NCBI GenBank assembly: GCA_965153455.1
Contig: OZ234494.1
Span: forward strand, 11,284,001 to 11,348,000
Reading direction: 5' to 3'
DNA: 64,000 nt
Origin: Sphagnum compactum
Lineage: Eukaryota
The position numbers and the translations under genes were made by a program. The number at the start of each line of letters is the position of its first letter. Position 1 is the stretch's first letter. Below the pieces are notes generated by a model. That model saw only the letters and a list, made by a program, of their open reading frames with translations, was not told the origin of the DNA and did no database searches. Of this stretch, positions 38,101 to 52,352 are shown one piece after another.

Positions 38101-41100
38101 GTATCTAGGTTTTTCTTCCAAGTATTTGAGTGTTTTTCAAATTGATTTTGAACATTGACTTGTGATTTGTCAATCGGCTTGCTATTAATTCTTGGAAGTT
38201 GGGTGTTTGATCATTTTTCTGTTCAACCATATTCTTGATTTGCTTTGTCATGGGCCCATTGAAACTCCTAATAAACTTTCAATACAAGGCCTATTTGGGT
38301 TTAGGCTTCCACCTTTTAATCCCCTTGGGCCTAAACCTTCTCCTCTTGAGGTTTTTTTGGCTAAATAAGATTCCCCCTTTAAAGCATTCAATGTAAGAGC
38401 TCTTGATCTCAACCATATTTCATCAAGCAAGAATGCTTTTGTGAATGCCATTGATTTGGAATAGGAGCCCATGAAACTCAAAAAACTTCTTTGAAAAATT
38501 AACAAATGTATGAACTTGGTAGGAAATTTGAAGATTTTTAGGTAGCATTTTTACCATGGGTTTTCACTCAATGAGGTGCCTAATTTGCATTACTATAGAT
38601 GGTGAATAAAGAAATGATTAATTTCAAAACTTGATTCATTATTGATGGTTGTAGCATTACAAGACATTGTGTCCATTTCAACTGGACCTAAAAATAAGTG
38701 TTTTTGTTTATGACATTGATAAGTATTTTTAATCACATGAATCGATAAATAGTGACAAAGGACATTAACATGCCATGTGCCATCATGGTTTTGTGACTAT
38801 AGTCAATATAACAATTTTTTAGTTTTTGTGGTAAAATATTTCATTATTCTTCAATTTGCATTGATATATATTTGTGATATGGATTGAGTTAGTTGAAAAT
38901 ACCATTAACATTTGCAACTAACAACAATTCAATCTCCCATGATAATGACATGGCATGCCATGTGACAATAAAATGTTATGACTATGGTCAACATCATGAG
39001 TCATGATATTAATTTTTATGGAATCTCATATATTAGTTAGTTAAAAGAACCATTGATTTTTGTGATTAACAATAACTTCCCATATTGATGATGATATGGC
39101 AATGTGCCATGTGTCGACTAGGTGTCGCAACTATACTCAACATTATGACATACATGCAACTATTAAATGAATGTTGTAATTATACGTCATTAATTAGCTA
39201 ATGGAAGACTCACACATGGCATCATAGATATTGTAAATGAGAATGTAGCATAAGTAGCCCCTGGGTAGACCCTTAGGTAGGTCCTTATGTAGGGGTGCAA
39301 ACGGGATAATATGAGCCACACTTGTTTGTTTTTTGATTGCTTTTGTGACTGCTTAGTGGGAAATATTCTTGAAAAGTCTTTGAAAAAGTCTTTTAAAATT
39401 TTTAAAAAAATCTTCATATTATTTTATTTAAATTTATGTTAAAATTTTGGCAAAAAGTGTCATTTAAAAAAAAATCACATCCATTTACAAGTCCTAAATT
39501 TACTGCTTAAAAGCAAATGTTATAATGCTTAATGAATGCTTTTGTTAACTTTTTATTCATTGGATGAATTTCAAATTAAGTCACATGTTCCCATGATATG
39601 TTAAAAATACAACTATATAAACAAATTTTACAATTTCAATATCAAGTTAAATTACAACTTTAAAACAGAAAAAACCAAATAAACGTTACACATGTTATGG
39701 TACATGTTATTGTGATTGCACCTGTAACATAAATAACTTAATCAGCCCCTAGGTAAACCCTTTTATGTAAGCCCTAGTTATGTAACTTAGGTAACCTTTA
39801 GTAGGTGCTTAAATAGCCTAGGTAGTTTAAGGTAGGTGGAATAAGTCATTTAAGTAGGTTATAAAAAGTGTTTATTATTATGTGGTTACATTTTATGTTA
39901 CACAAAAAAATTGGTGCAATGGTAAGGACTTTGCCCCTCAAATACATGGAAGTGAGAGGTTTAAATCTTCATTTTTGTAATTTCTTTACCTTAGTTTAGG
40001 CTAGGTAGGTTAGGTTGCCTAGCCTCTAAGTTGCCTAATCTAGGTGGCCTAGGCTACCAAGCCTAAATAACATAGGTTAGCTTAGTTAGCCTAGGTTTTG
40101 ACATGCAATAGATACCATGTTTTGTGGTAGCGAATTGACCCAAACATTTACATATTTATCAACCCCTAACATCCAATAAGAAGTTAACAAATGGATTTTA
40201 CACCCCATTCACTTTTGGTCATGTGTGACTCATAATTGAACATGTGCAAATGGTTTTTTGACACATGTCATTTTTACATGAAGGCATCCTTTATAACACT
40301 TAAACATGTAAAATGAATAGGTTGACATGGCATCCACATCACTTTACATTTTGCACAGCACACTATGGAAATTTATTATATGAAATTCTAATATTATCAC
40401 AAAATAAGAAAATATTAGTCGATAATACAACTAACCTTTGTAAATAAATGCCACCATATTGTCCTCTGCAACTAGGTGGGTGAATTGACATGGGTATAAC
40501 AATTCATAAGTCATCAATCATAATATATGTCCTTTGCAATTGATATTTAGTCACAAATGGAAGTCACAAAACCAAAAATGTGTTGCAATGTAAGAAAGTG
40601 CAAAGTTGAATCTACTTCACCAAAGCTAGGGGTGAAGGTTATAGAATTTTATCTGTTGTGTTCTGTTGTTCCTTTGATGTTCTTTGAACTACATCAATCT
40701 TCTTCCTCGGGTGTTAATCTCCTCTTTTTGGTGTATTATCCTAGTAATGTCAATCCTCTTTTTGGTTCACATGTTTTCCTAGCTATGTTGATCCTCTTTT
40801 TGGTGCATTGATCCTCTTCTCCATAGGTCCTCCTTCTCATTTTGATCGTGTTTATTGGTGCTCTCCCTGATTGTTCACCTTTTGGAAGTTCTCCAAGCTA
40901 CATCAATCCTCTCCTTGTGTTCAATCGGTCCTCCTAGTGGGGTTTTTCTAATGTTCTTTTGTCCAATCGATCTTCTTAGTGTTGTTTCCTTGGTGCTATC
41001 TATATTCATTTGATCTTGTTGGTGGTGATTCTTTGGTGTTCTTGGTCACCAAGCTCTTTTGGAGCTCTTTTAATCCTCTATTTCATTCATGTGAAGGTAG

Positions 41101-41479
41101 TAAACTTGTTGGTTGGCAGCCTTGTGCTATTTGGTGATTTTTTACCTATTGTTAAACCTCACATTGAAAGACTGTTTCGCATCCAAGATTCATGCCCATA
41201 TACTTGTATGGATTTGCTCACATGCCTATGTGAAAATTATGGTGAAACTTATTACTCATTTCCTTCATAGCTATTGGAGTCCAAGCTGCAACAAATTATG
41301 GTTTCGCACATTTTTCAACTACTTTTTGAGTTGTTCAATCCACTATTGACCCCACATCTGTTGCCTTCTTTAGTTTCTTTTCCTTCCTTTCCTTTCATCT
41401 ATCTTCTTTAATTTCTTTTGCAACTACCTTGTCCATGGTTTTTTTTTCACATGATATTTAAGGACTGATTAGATGTTAT

Positions 41480-43030
41480 TACATGGGATTGGGAGTAATC
41501 AACTAATGGTTTTTTTCCTTTTGTCTGTCTTGTAGGTAAACAAGGCAACGAAAACAAGTTGTGCATAGACATGGACCCCTATGTTACGTTGGTGGAAAAG
41601 ATAAAGTTTCTTGCAACACATCAAGGCTATCACCCTAGGTTTACAACATCGAACTCCTCTAGCTACTTTTCAATGTTAATAGGGCTATGACAAATATCTA
41701 CATAGTAATGTTGGTCATGTTTAGACCTGTTAAGAAGATCTTTAGTTGTTGATTGAGAAACCATTTCACCTATATGCAAAAATTTTATAACTACACATTT
41801 TTCTCCCCAATCTTGGTTATGATCAGCTTCATCATCTGTTGTGTTGTTTTCACTTCCTTGATCATTGATTGGCTTTGCAATGTATATCTGTGAAGGTTGA
41901 ATTTTGTTGTGCATTGCCTTGGGATTGAAAGGCCATATATTTATGGTCATAAATCCAAATTTGATTTTTTTTGTTATTGATTGTTCCAGAGCTTGATCTA
42001 CCCACCTAATCAATGTTATCTTATCTAGTTCCATATGATTGTTTCTAGACATGGCTGCATCTCTAACCTTTTCTAAATGTTGTTTTGAATGGCTTAAAAC
42101 AAAATATATTTAATGGTTGGAAAACTTGTGATGTGTGGGATGGTAAGGTGATCATGTTTAAGCCCATCTCTTATGCTTATGATATTACTTCTAAGGTAAC
42201 ATGATTGCCATGCCCATCTAGAATTATTAAGTGTCTATTGGTGAAGGGAGCTCAACCTATAACAAGTTTTTTAAAGAAAGAGAGAAATTCCTTAAACAAA
42301 AAAGAAGTCATCTATTTTTTACGTTGGCATGCAAGTCACTAGTTTGTAGAGTTTAATGTAGTCATCTTGTAGTTTTTTCCCTCTAAAGATGTAAAACCCT
42401 AGTAGAACAAACATGTAGCATTCACTGCATAGTTAACCATTCCTGGGATTTGAGGATGGTATTATAAACAATATTTGACCCTCTCTTAGTTAGAACTCTT
42501 GTTCCTGCTTGTCTACCAGCTTCAATTTTAGTTTCATCTATGTTCCATACATGATTTGGAATGTCATAACTATGTTAATTGTAGCATGCTTGTAGGTTAA
42601 TGTAAAAAAATTTGTAACTATTAAGTGTTAATGCTTTGCAAACCTCCAATTTTTCTACTTAACAAATGTTTCATTTTGGATGCTTGTGTTTGAACCAATA
42701 CCACCAACTATTACATGGTATCCCATCTCAAAACAGTGTAGGTTTTATCTGTGTTAGCTCTGTAACCTTCATCTTCAATTGTAATAGATCAATGGATAGT
42801 CCACATTCATGCATAACTAAAGTCCATTTAATCACTTCAACATCCTCTTTTCTTGTAAACACACCTTTTGGTCCCATCTATTTAAATCTTGTTTTTCCAT
42901 TTAGGTGATCAAAAAGTGAACTTAAAGGAATGTTCAATGCTTTGTTGGCCCTCCTTAATGAATATGTCCTTTTTTTACCAACATTCATTGTTGTTTCTAG
43001 TGCATCATCTGTCCACATACCTTTCATACA
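41480..43030 (-). mobile_element. pogo/Tigger-like (Tc1-mariner superfamily) DDE transposase remnant, copy 1
   Basis: Colinear fragments: KGMWTDDALE (N-terminal psq/CENP-B-type HTH), HIWNIDET, IILDGHGNHVTLEV, HTSQVFQPLNIFCFKPFK and GFMTINIWPFNPKAM. Many stops and frameshifts. Confidence 0.8.
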
Positions 43031-45496
43031 TGTTGTAAATGCTCAATTCAATTGAATTGTTGGTGTTTTATTAGTTCATGCAAGCTTAGGGGGTGGATTT
43101 TCCTTATTTGTTAAGTGTAGGTCCAACATGTTGCTTTGTCACCTTTGAAGCATAGTTAAGTTCTTGGAGGTCCCTCCTGGTCCCAACCTCCAAGAAGTTA
43201 GTGGTGTACATTTTGGACCAATCAAGGGTATGCCTTTTTTTTCCTATACACAACCCAAGAAATGTAGTAAGTTTGGAAATTGGGCTAACGCATGTTCTAA
43301 TATATGTATCAAAAAATACATGAGAATGTACAAATTTGCAAAGTCTTCTCGAACTAAATCAACATCTTTTGTTGTTGTGCAAGTTGTTAGAAGAAATATA
43401 TAAGAATGATTTATGTAACCGAGTTGATCTATTGTTTTTAAAAATCTTTGTGATCCAACATTTCAGACTATAGATTATTGAATCGAACGATAATCTAAGT
43501 ATTTTTTGAGTCTTTAATTGTAGATCTAATCTATGATATATATATCTGAACCTTCTTCTACTTTCAAATCTGTTTTTTATAAATTGATTTGCTCCTCTAT
43601 ATGCTTTACTTTGATTTTCAGATCTAGTTTTTACAGAACTACTTGTGGAATTAGTGTTTCCCCTTCTACTTGCTATACTTTGATTTTCAGCTTTGGTTTC
43701 TTTAGATTTTCTTTCAAACTTGTTTTTTGCAAGAAGAGTTTCAAACTGACCTATCTTCCTCTACTTTCATTTGTAGATTTGTAGTTTTCAACATTATATC
43801 AATAGAACCCAAGAACTCTGAACATAGTTGCAGGTGAAAGCACATTAAGGTGTAACACTTTTAAGCACATATGGAAGTCCATAATTGCATAAATTAACAC
43901 TGCGAAAGTAGTGTGAAGGTAGGATACCTTGAATCACACATGTCGTTTTACAAGTTTTCAGTTGAAATTTATTATTATAACAATTGCAACCCTAATTTAC
44001 CTTATGGAAAACTTAAATTTGAAAGATGAGCTTCTAACTATTATTTTAATTCAATAAAAGACTTAATAAGAAAGAACCATAATTCAAGGTACATAGAAAA
44101 TTTTGGTCACCAAAACCTTTTCAAAATGTCCTCCTTGGTATCAATGTTATTACATCATATTACCATTGAGTCTTTTACTCATTAAAAAATATTATATGAA
44201 AGTGCATGGAGTCCATAGTGATTAATTATGGATTGTTACATATTTTTGGGTACTCCTTTAAAAGTCCATTATGTTATGACTATTCAAAAACTATCAATGA
44301 AATTTATACAATGTGATTATATTATATATAACATTATAATGTTGAGTCCTTTTTCATTTTAGTTGATTATATTTAATCATAGGACCAATTACAAATCCCA
44401 AAATCTTGCAAAAATTGCCTTGTGACAACATTTTATGAACAATATAGTGTGCTTACACCCTTGCAATTGTTTTTCTACTCTAGTTTTTAAAGATGACATA
44501 CTTAAAAAATATTGCAATGCAAAGATCGAACCAATATTTTGATTTCAACTTATGTGTAAACTTGATTTTGCACTAAGGCTTTTTGGAGGGAATAAAAAAT
44601 GCTTTATCATACGAGGAATCTAAAAGAGAGTTTCATTTGGAGGATTAATCAATGGAGTTTTTGGGAATACTCAAGGATTTGATGTCCTTCTAATTTTTGG
44701 GCACAATGTTTTTGTTCGGATTTAGGTTATATTTATGAACGGTTGCATGCCCTTCAATGTGATAGACAAGCCCCCCCATAACCAAATGTTTTCTTTGCAA
44801 ATTTTTGTTATTGCTTTTGTGAAACCAACCCTAATCCAACCATTGGCTTTGAAACGCCTTATGTTTTGCCCTTGATTTGTTTCAAAAGACACTTACAAAC
44901 AAACGCTCCATATTTGATAATAACATTAACCAGTCCTTTATTTTCAGTTTAATGCTTGAGGTTGTGCTATTACTTTCCCATGATCAAACGGATCATATAC
45001 ATAACGGCGTTCATTTTTAAAAAATACCAACCACTCCTACCCCCCAAAACCACACACTAAAATCAATATGCCATGTGAATAATTAAGAAAAACCCAACAA
45101 ATTTTTTAATACCAGGCATTAATTCGGTCATATGAACATTTTGGGGGTGTTTGGTTACTGGGTCTCTGTTTGGTGGGGCATGTTTACTCTACAAGGTTGC
45201 TGTAAATTTTTATCACTACTATTCACACAGCACAAGATACTTACAAGAGGACAAACTACTCTTGCTGGAGGCACATGGGCATGTGGGATTTATACAGCAC
45301 AAAAGCCATCCAAAGTTCCAATTTCATTGCAAGGACAACAAGCAATGGATTACTCTGTCTTCAATATGGGCCTCTAGGTGTATAGAAAGAAAATTGTATT
45401 CAAGCTGTAGATAGACAGACAGTTTTAATTAATTGCTTGCTGGAGTTTGAAGAGTCTCCAGATCTCATGTGAGTTTCAAGCCAAAAAGGTGGAAAA

Positions 45497-45530
45497 AGAG
45501 AGAGAGAGAGAGAGAGAGAGAGTGTGTGAG
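45497..45530. repeat. (AG)n microsatellite
   Basis: Directly visible. Confidence 0.9.
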
Positions 45531-47399
45531 ATATTACAGGCTAGAGATGGCTGTTTCCAATCTGGCTCTTGAAGGGCTTAGGCTTTGCTTATCCATAAGG
45601 GGTTAGGTAGTTGTGGCCAAAATGAATGGCCTTATGCAATTGCAGCTGTTTTCATTCAGCATTTTGCTTTGCTTTGCTTTGTGCCTCCCTGTGTTTGTTG
45701 TAACTTGCATCTTTTTTTGTCTAACCCTCTATTTCTCACTCTTTCACCATTGTCATAAATTCTACTCTTTCCAGTTCCTGAAGAAATAAAACATTTGGGG
45801 TTCTATCAAATAACCAGTTGAGAATCACCAGTTAACCTGCTGGTTATACACCAGTTATAGGGTTATATATATATATAATTTTTTTTCTTTTTTCTTTTTT
45901 GTATTAGTGTTTAAAGACTGATAATTTACCTGGATGAAAATTGAGTCATCCAGGTAGGTTATCAATTTTTGAAATTTCAATACCAAGTGGTTATTAATTT
46001 AACTGATTATCCCACCAAAAAAATCAAGAACTGGCTGGTAGGTTATTATTAATAAGCAGCTTTGATAATGGAGTCCAAATTCAATAACCAGCCAACACTA
46101 CTGGTTTTTACCATGGTACTAGTGTAAGTTAGGTCCACCCAATGGAAAAGGTTTGGGGTTGTTGCTAAAAGCTTTATATATATATATCCCATGGGCAGAC
46201 TCAATCAGGGTCTCTGAGTCCCAATCTAACAAGTTTTTGGGCTAAATATGACCCTAAATTTTTTTTGGGGGTTCTTAGTTGTTAGGTTCTTACCATTAGT
46301 AATATCCTGACTACTACCAATGTAGGTGCTAGTTCACCCTAGCACAAGGGGAAATATATTGCACCAATTCCAAACTGTAAAGTGGGTATTTTGTTATTAT
46401 GGCTAATGTGGCACCTAATGAATCTAGTGATGAGTCCCAGAGACACCAGAAGTTATGCCCACCAAAAAACCATTTTTGCCAAAAATATGCATAATATTAT
46501 CTATCAATGACCAGATTCTGTGAATGATAAAAGCAGCATATATGCCAAGCAATGTACTAAAATAACTAACTAACTAAATTAATTAAAAAAATGCTTTTGA
46601 TGATTGGTAACATACAAATAAGGTACCTACTTTCTTTGGCAAGCAAGAGTGCATCAATTGATTACTTTCTTAGGCAAAAACCCTAAACCCTACTTTCTTA
46701 GGCAAAAAGTGATACAATCCCCTCAAGTTGATCTCAACCAAGGAAATCAGGTCTGATGAAATTATGAAGGACCCAAAACCCAAAATTAACTTAATCTACA
46801 ACTCTTTTTCAAATAGGAGTTAGGCCTAGTTCTTGTTGGAATAGGTCTAAAACTTGTATGTAGTTCAAGTGAATGATGATCATTGATGACACCCATTTGT
46901 GTAAACCTAAAAAGATGGCAGATCATGTCAGGAGTTTATGATTTTTGGGGGGGGGCTTGTCTTTCTTCACACAAAACTCCATGTGTCCCCCAAACTCTTC
47001 CAGACTGGAAGGTGCCAAGTTTAGACTTGGGTACATAGTAACTCTCTCAATATGATCATCATTCAAAGAGACTTAGTTCCTAGTTACAGACCACACCAAA
47101 CTATGAGGCCAATCTAAGAGATTTGTATCATCCCCCATAAAATGATTACCCTGTGTTGTTGATGTCAGATTTGATGGAAGTTAGTTCAAAATTGCAATGC
47201 TAATTTTTTTGAGAAAATTCTTCTTAACATGTCTAAAATTCAAAGAAAATTATTCAACCACTTTGCCTAATAATTTTTGAATTTAGAGAATTTTTGAAAT
47301 TATCATGTATTTAAAAAAAGTAACAAACAAATTATATGCTCAAATCCAATATATAGAAAGTTGGAAATGTACTATAACCTTAATATGTAAGGTACTTTG

Positions 47400-49480
47400 G
47401 TCATACAAAGTACCAATATATGTAGAATAGGTATTCATCTATGCTTCAAACTCCACTAAAGCATTTGCTCCAAAATCCCATAATCTCAACATCATGAAAC
47501 AAATCTTCTCGGTCTTCATGATTATCTTAACTAATTTCTTCACCCACTACATTACATGCACTAGCAAAGAGTGAACATTTGGCATTTTCCTTCATAGGAG
47601 ATGATTGAAAATTCTTTTCAAATGCTCTTACTAAAACCACATGCCTCCCATACCTTGATTATCATGTCAAAATGGCTACCTACAATTTGCCAAGCTTCAA
47701 ATAGCTAGGTACATAATAATTCATGTAATGTACCAATGCTTAAATAAAGTTTGACCTCCAAAGCACCAAATTCCAATTGCTCTTGAATACATGATGTAGA
47801 CGACTTCTTGATGCGTTTAGTGAATTTGCGTGTCAATGGCCTTCATACAATGACATTAGTTTGTTGCAATTTTGAGATATACTTTATAAATATAGAGATA
47901 ACACAAATAAAAAAAAACTCAAATTTCATCCATGAAAGAAAACCATTAGACTTGTGTACAAACAAACAATCAATGACATCAATCAATTTTTGATCCTTGG
48001 ATAAAATCATTTTTTGCATGACATCTTTGTAGTAATTCATCAAAAAAAATTGAAAAAATTGTTGACATGTTTTGAAATTGGACAAATGATTGTTCATCAT
48101 TGTAAAATGGAAGCCATAGTCCAAGAATAGTTTTGCATTTGTTGTTTAAGATAGGCAATGTTCTATTTTACCTATAAATCACTTGCATCGAAAATAGTGA
48201 TTCATTGCTTGAGGATGAAACACAAATTGTCATTTGCTTTTTATTTTCCATCCCAATGACGTTAATATCTTTTGACCCTTTCTTTTCCCAAGTGTGCTCT
48301 CAAGCCATGGCAACCAAATCACGACTTACACATTAGCTACCACAATATCAACAAGAATAATGTCAATGTAAATGGAAGCTATGTTGTTTTCATCAATGAT
48401 GTGCGCTCAAATCACATGAGTTGCACTATCCAAAACATCTTATCATAAAAAAAACTCAACTTATGATTTGAAGAATATAGGCGTGCCTATATGACCCATA
48501 TTGACAACCAAGGCAAATGGTATAACATACATTTTAACAAAATATGTGATTATATAAACCATGAACATCCCTTGATCTTCCCAATTTGCTGAAAGCTTGC
48601 CATATGCTATATGTGGTGGCATGTCTATAACTCCAATCCAATTAGGTTTTCATGAAAGCTCAAATTCATTTCAATGTGATTTTGAATTTTCTCAATACCT
48701 TAAAGCACAAACAACAATGAAGCTAGAGATAATGGGCAGAACAATGTTAGAATTTAATGGTTGCCCTACATTTGTCATCTTCAAAAACCATTCATGTAAT
48801 TTATGAATAAGATTTGGCTTTTCATAGAGAGGACTTTTGTGCTGACTTGCAATAGTAAATTGACTTCACCTCTCCATGTGATTCAAATATTTTGGCTTCA
48901 TTTTTCCATCAAAGGTAAAGTATTCATACATGGAACCTTTATTGAACTTCTCAAAGGGCATGTAATCTCTTTACACATGTAAAAATTGCCACCAAGTAAA
49001 CAAAAAACTATATATTGAGACTTTTCACAACTTTTGATACCAAAAACTACATTGGAGAACAACAAAGTCTTCATTCAAACAATCATTAAAAAAATGTTCA
49101 AATGACAATATTTGTATGCAACTTTTAAGAAATGCAATGCCTTGGAAATACTTTGATATAACTTGATTACCACTTCAATAAGTCACCACCTTTCTTGCCC
49201 TTTGAACTCTATGTGATTGTTGTGTTGGTGGACTTAAAGTTGTAATAGATATAGGAAGGAGTGTCATTTGAGGAATTTTGCAAGGCCTATGTATCAATTG
49301 GGTTTTTGGTTTTTATAAGAACATTTGCCTTTTTCTTTGTAACCATTTTGTGTAAAATAAATTTTCTTTTTTTTGTAATAATGGGCTTCACACATGTTGT
49401 CAAAAACCATGTTTCGAGGCCATTTTACCCTAAACAAGATTATAAACACTTGATGAATTTATAAACTCAAAGATCATTAT
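47400..49480 (-). mobile_element. pogo-like DDE transposase remnant, a second and different subfamily
   Basis: Fragments HTWEKKGSKDINVIGMENKKQMTICVSSS, LIDVIDCLFVHKS and ICVISIFIKYISKLQQTNVIV*RPL fit the DDE_1 pattern (D.W..H...; P...TS.LQP.DV...RPFK). Decayed; boundaries approximate. Confidence 0.72.
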
Positions 49481-52352
49481 TCATCAAAACTAATTGTTGA
49501 ATCAATGTAAACCTTGTATTTCTTCACAGATCTGGTAGGCAATCAAGAATTCTATGGTCAAAAAACAATATTTGAAAAAAAAAATCAAAGCTTAGCAAAT
49601 GCATGAAGTCTCTTACATTGTAGAGCAATGGAGCTTGTGTCGTACATGCCGAATCAACTTAAGGGCCAACAAATAATTATTTCAACAACTAAGTGCCAAA
49701 TTTGATAGCAACGTACATAGATGCCAAACATAGCAATCTCATGTTGAATTTTGACGGTCGGGCAAATCTTTTTGGGACTTTATGGATAACAACAAAATGG
49801 GATGAAAAAAAAAACAAGGTACGAAATAAGGGCTAGACAAAATATGAATTTAACAATAACTCTATTATCAAAATGAAATTCAAACATAGTGTAAGAATCC
49901 AAGCTTAGAAAACCACACATGGACAATTGAAAGCAAAAATTAACATAAAAAATACTTTTTATTTTTTTTATTGTGTTTTTATAATTTCATAATGTATGAA
50001 AGATGAGACTCCAAAGCCACTTTTTCTAGGTATAAGTCACAAACATGAAAAAAGTGAAACCTTATTAACATTGGATTAAGCTATGGCAAAATAAATCTCG
50101 CAAAAACATTTTAATCTTTAACCAAAAAAAACTACACCATGAAATATTATGTTTTTAGGCATGGCCATAGAACAACACATCTCAAATTCCATTCCAAACA
50201 ATTCATCACCCAATGCATTCCTTTTTATCTAACCCTTGACATTTTGTCTAGAGTCCTTGGTGTTATCCTTCATCTAAGGCTTTGATTTGTGAGACAATCA
50301 CTCTTTCCACCAAGGTTTAGTACACCAACATTTTACTTTACACCCTAAAACCCAAAATCATCACTCAAAATTTTTACATACACACTAACTTCAACTCCTC
50401 ATAGCTCAAAGTTCATCCTCTATACAAACATTTCCCAAACATTTCCCAAACTTTTTGTCTAGTGTCTACCTCTCACCTTCTAAATCCAATTTTTTGCAAT
50501 ATCACCATCACACACTCCACAACAATTACATCATGCCTCTAGCTAACACCAAATATATTCTACATCTATACAATAACTACAAACTCCCTTCTCATGGCTT
50601 CCTCACTCCTTAAATTTTTCATCCACACAATCCAATTTTTTTTTTGGGATGAATCTCTAATCTTCATTACCAAGCTCCCGTGTTGAAATAAAAATGCACA
50701 CCACCAAGCAAATCATTTCTTCATTCTCACTATTGGAAGCCAACATGAAATTCAAAACAAATAGACTCATAACCAAACAAAATCAAATTTCCTCAAAACT
50801 AAAACCAAAAACCAAACATTGGTAAAAACACTAGAACTTCTAGGTCAAAGAACTAGGTTAAAACATGTATTTAAACTGGTTCTTTTGTTATCCATGTAAA
50901 CTGAAGCACTAGGGGGCCCTTGGGTGAACTAGCAGCCCATGGGGGGAAAAAAACTAAAAACCCCAAAATCTATTTTAAATTGCTTCTAAATATTAAAAAA
51001 ATCCCATGCTTAGACTAAATCAAGGTCTTTGCAGTGATTGTTTTTGGAGAAAAATTCTCTATTTTTTTTTTAATTTTGTTTTAAAGTCCCAAGCAACATG
51101 GTCAAGGGAGCTTTTTGGAAAGCTTCCAAAAAAATGGCCACATTTATAAGATTTTTAAAAAATAAATAAATAAATAAATTGCCAAGATTTTTCAAGGAAT
51201 TGGGCAGATTTTAGCTTTCTTTTTTTTATATAAAAATCACCATATACAACTAATAGGTACAGTGTCCGATTACTAGGGTGTCCGATTACTACAGCGCGGT
51301 TACCAGTGAGTGCAGCAGCCAGCCGGCCCCAGCGCTAGAGACATATTCGCTCGTTCGGTTACTAGACCAGCGTTGCGGCGGCGTTTGCCACATTCTTATT
51401 TTGCCACTCCTGTGCGTGCGAGGGGCCCCGCCTCATTTCGTGTCTCTAAAATTGCTCGCCGCCGCTGCTGCTCCTCCTCCTCCTCATCCTCCTTCTCCTC
51501 GTCGCCACCACCTTCATCGTTGTTTCCTGGCCGCCTTGCAGACCGGTGATCTTGCAAAGAAACCCCAGTGGCGTGTCTCCGCGTAAGTAAGCTCCTCCAT
51601 TTCATTCCATTGCATTGCATTGCATTGCATTGTGTTGCATTCTATTTCCCCCACCTCCTCCGCCTGCCACCTTATCCCTCCGCAAAACACCAAACAGAAG
51701 AAAAAACAAAACGGTGCAGCAGGCTCCACCATCATCATCATCATCTTCTTCTTCTTCTTCTTGCTTGTTCTAGTGTGTGTGTTTTTTTTTGTGCGTGCTT
51801 TTTTGTTTTGTTGTTGTTGTTGGGGGGTTTGCTTTCGTCTCGTTCTGTTTGCTGTAATTTTTTTTCTTCTTTTGTGTTGAAGTTGAAGCTTTGCTTTTGG
51901 TGCCTAGCCTGACACTTATGTGAAGTTCCTGTTTTATCTTGCAATTCATGTGTGAGAGAAAGTAGAGATGGAAATAATGTGGGAATGTGGTTGCAGATTA
52001 AAGGTTGTGAATTGTGGGTGGTTTCTTTGAAGTCTAGCAACTTGCAGTTGCATGCTTTCTACTTTTCTAGTTTGCTTGCCGGTAAATGCAGCAATGCAAC
52101 CTAAGTTTACGGAAGAACAGCTTCAGAGATCATGTGTAGTGAATGAGAAGAATAATCATTTGAGGAGCTTTCCGCGTTTGGTATCATGTTTCAGTGGAGA
52201 ACTGTCTGCATGTGCTGATGTTTCTTAGACGGTTTGTAATTTCGGTGTGCAGGTGAAGAAGGTGACGACGATTAGGAGGACGCTCTGGGACTTCGGTTTT
52301 TTGCTTTTATATTATTCAGCAGGCTGCAGACGTGAAGAAGAAGAAGAAGAAA

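Noticed and set aside
46676..46692. Telomere or telomerase-RNA template (aaaccctaaaccct)
   Set aside because: Only two units, inside a small local duplication. I saw no Pol III USE/TATA promoter or conserved TR flanks.
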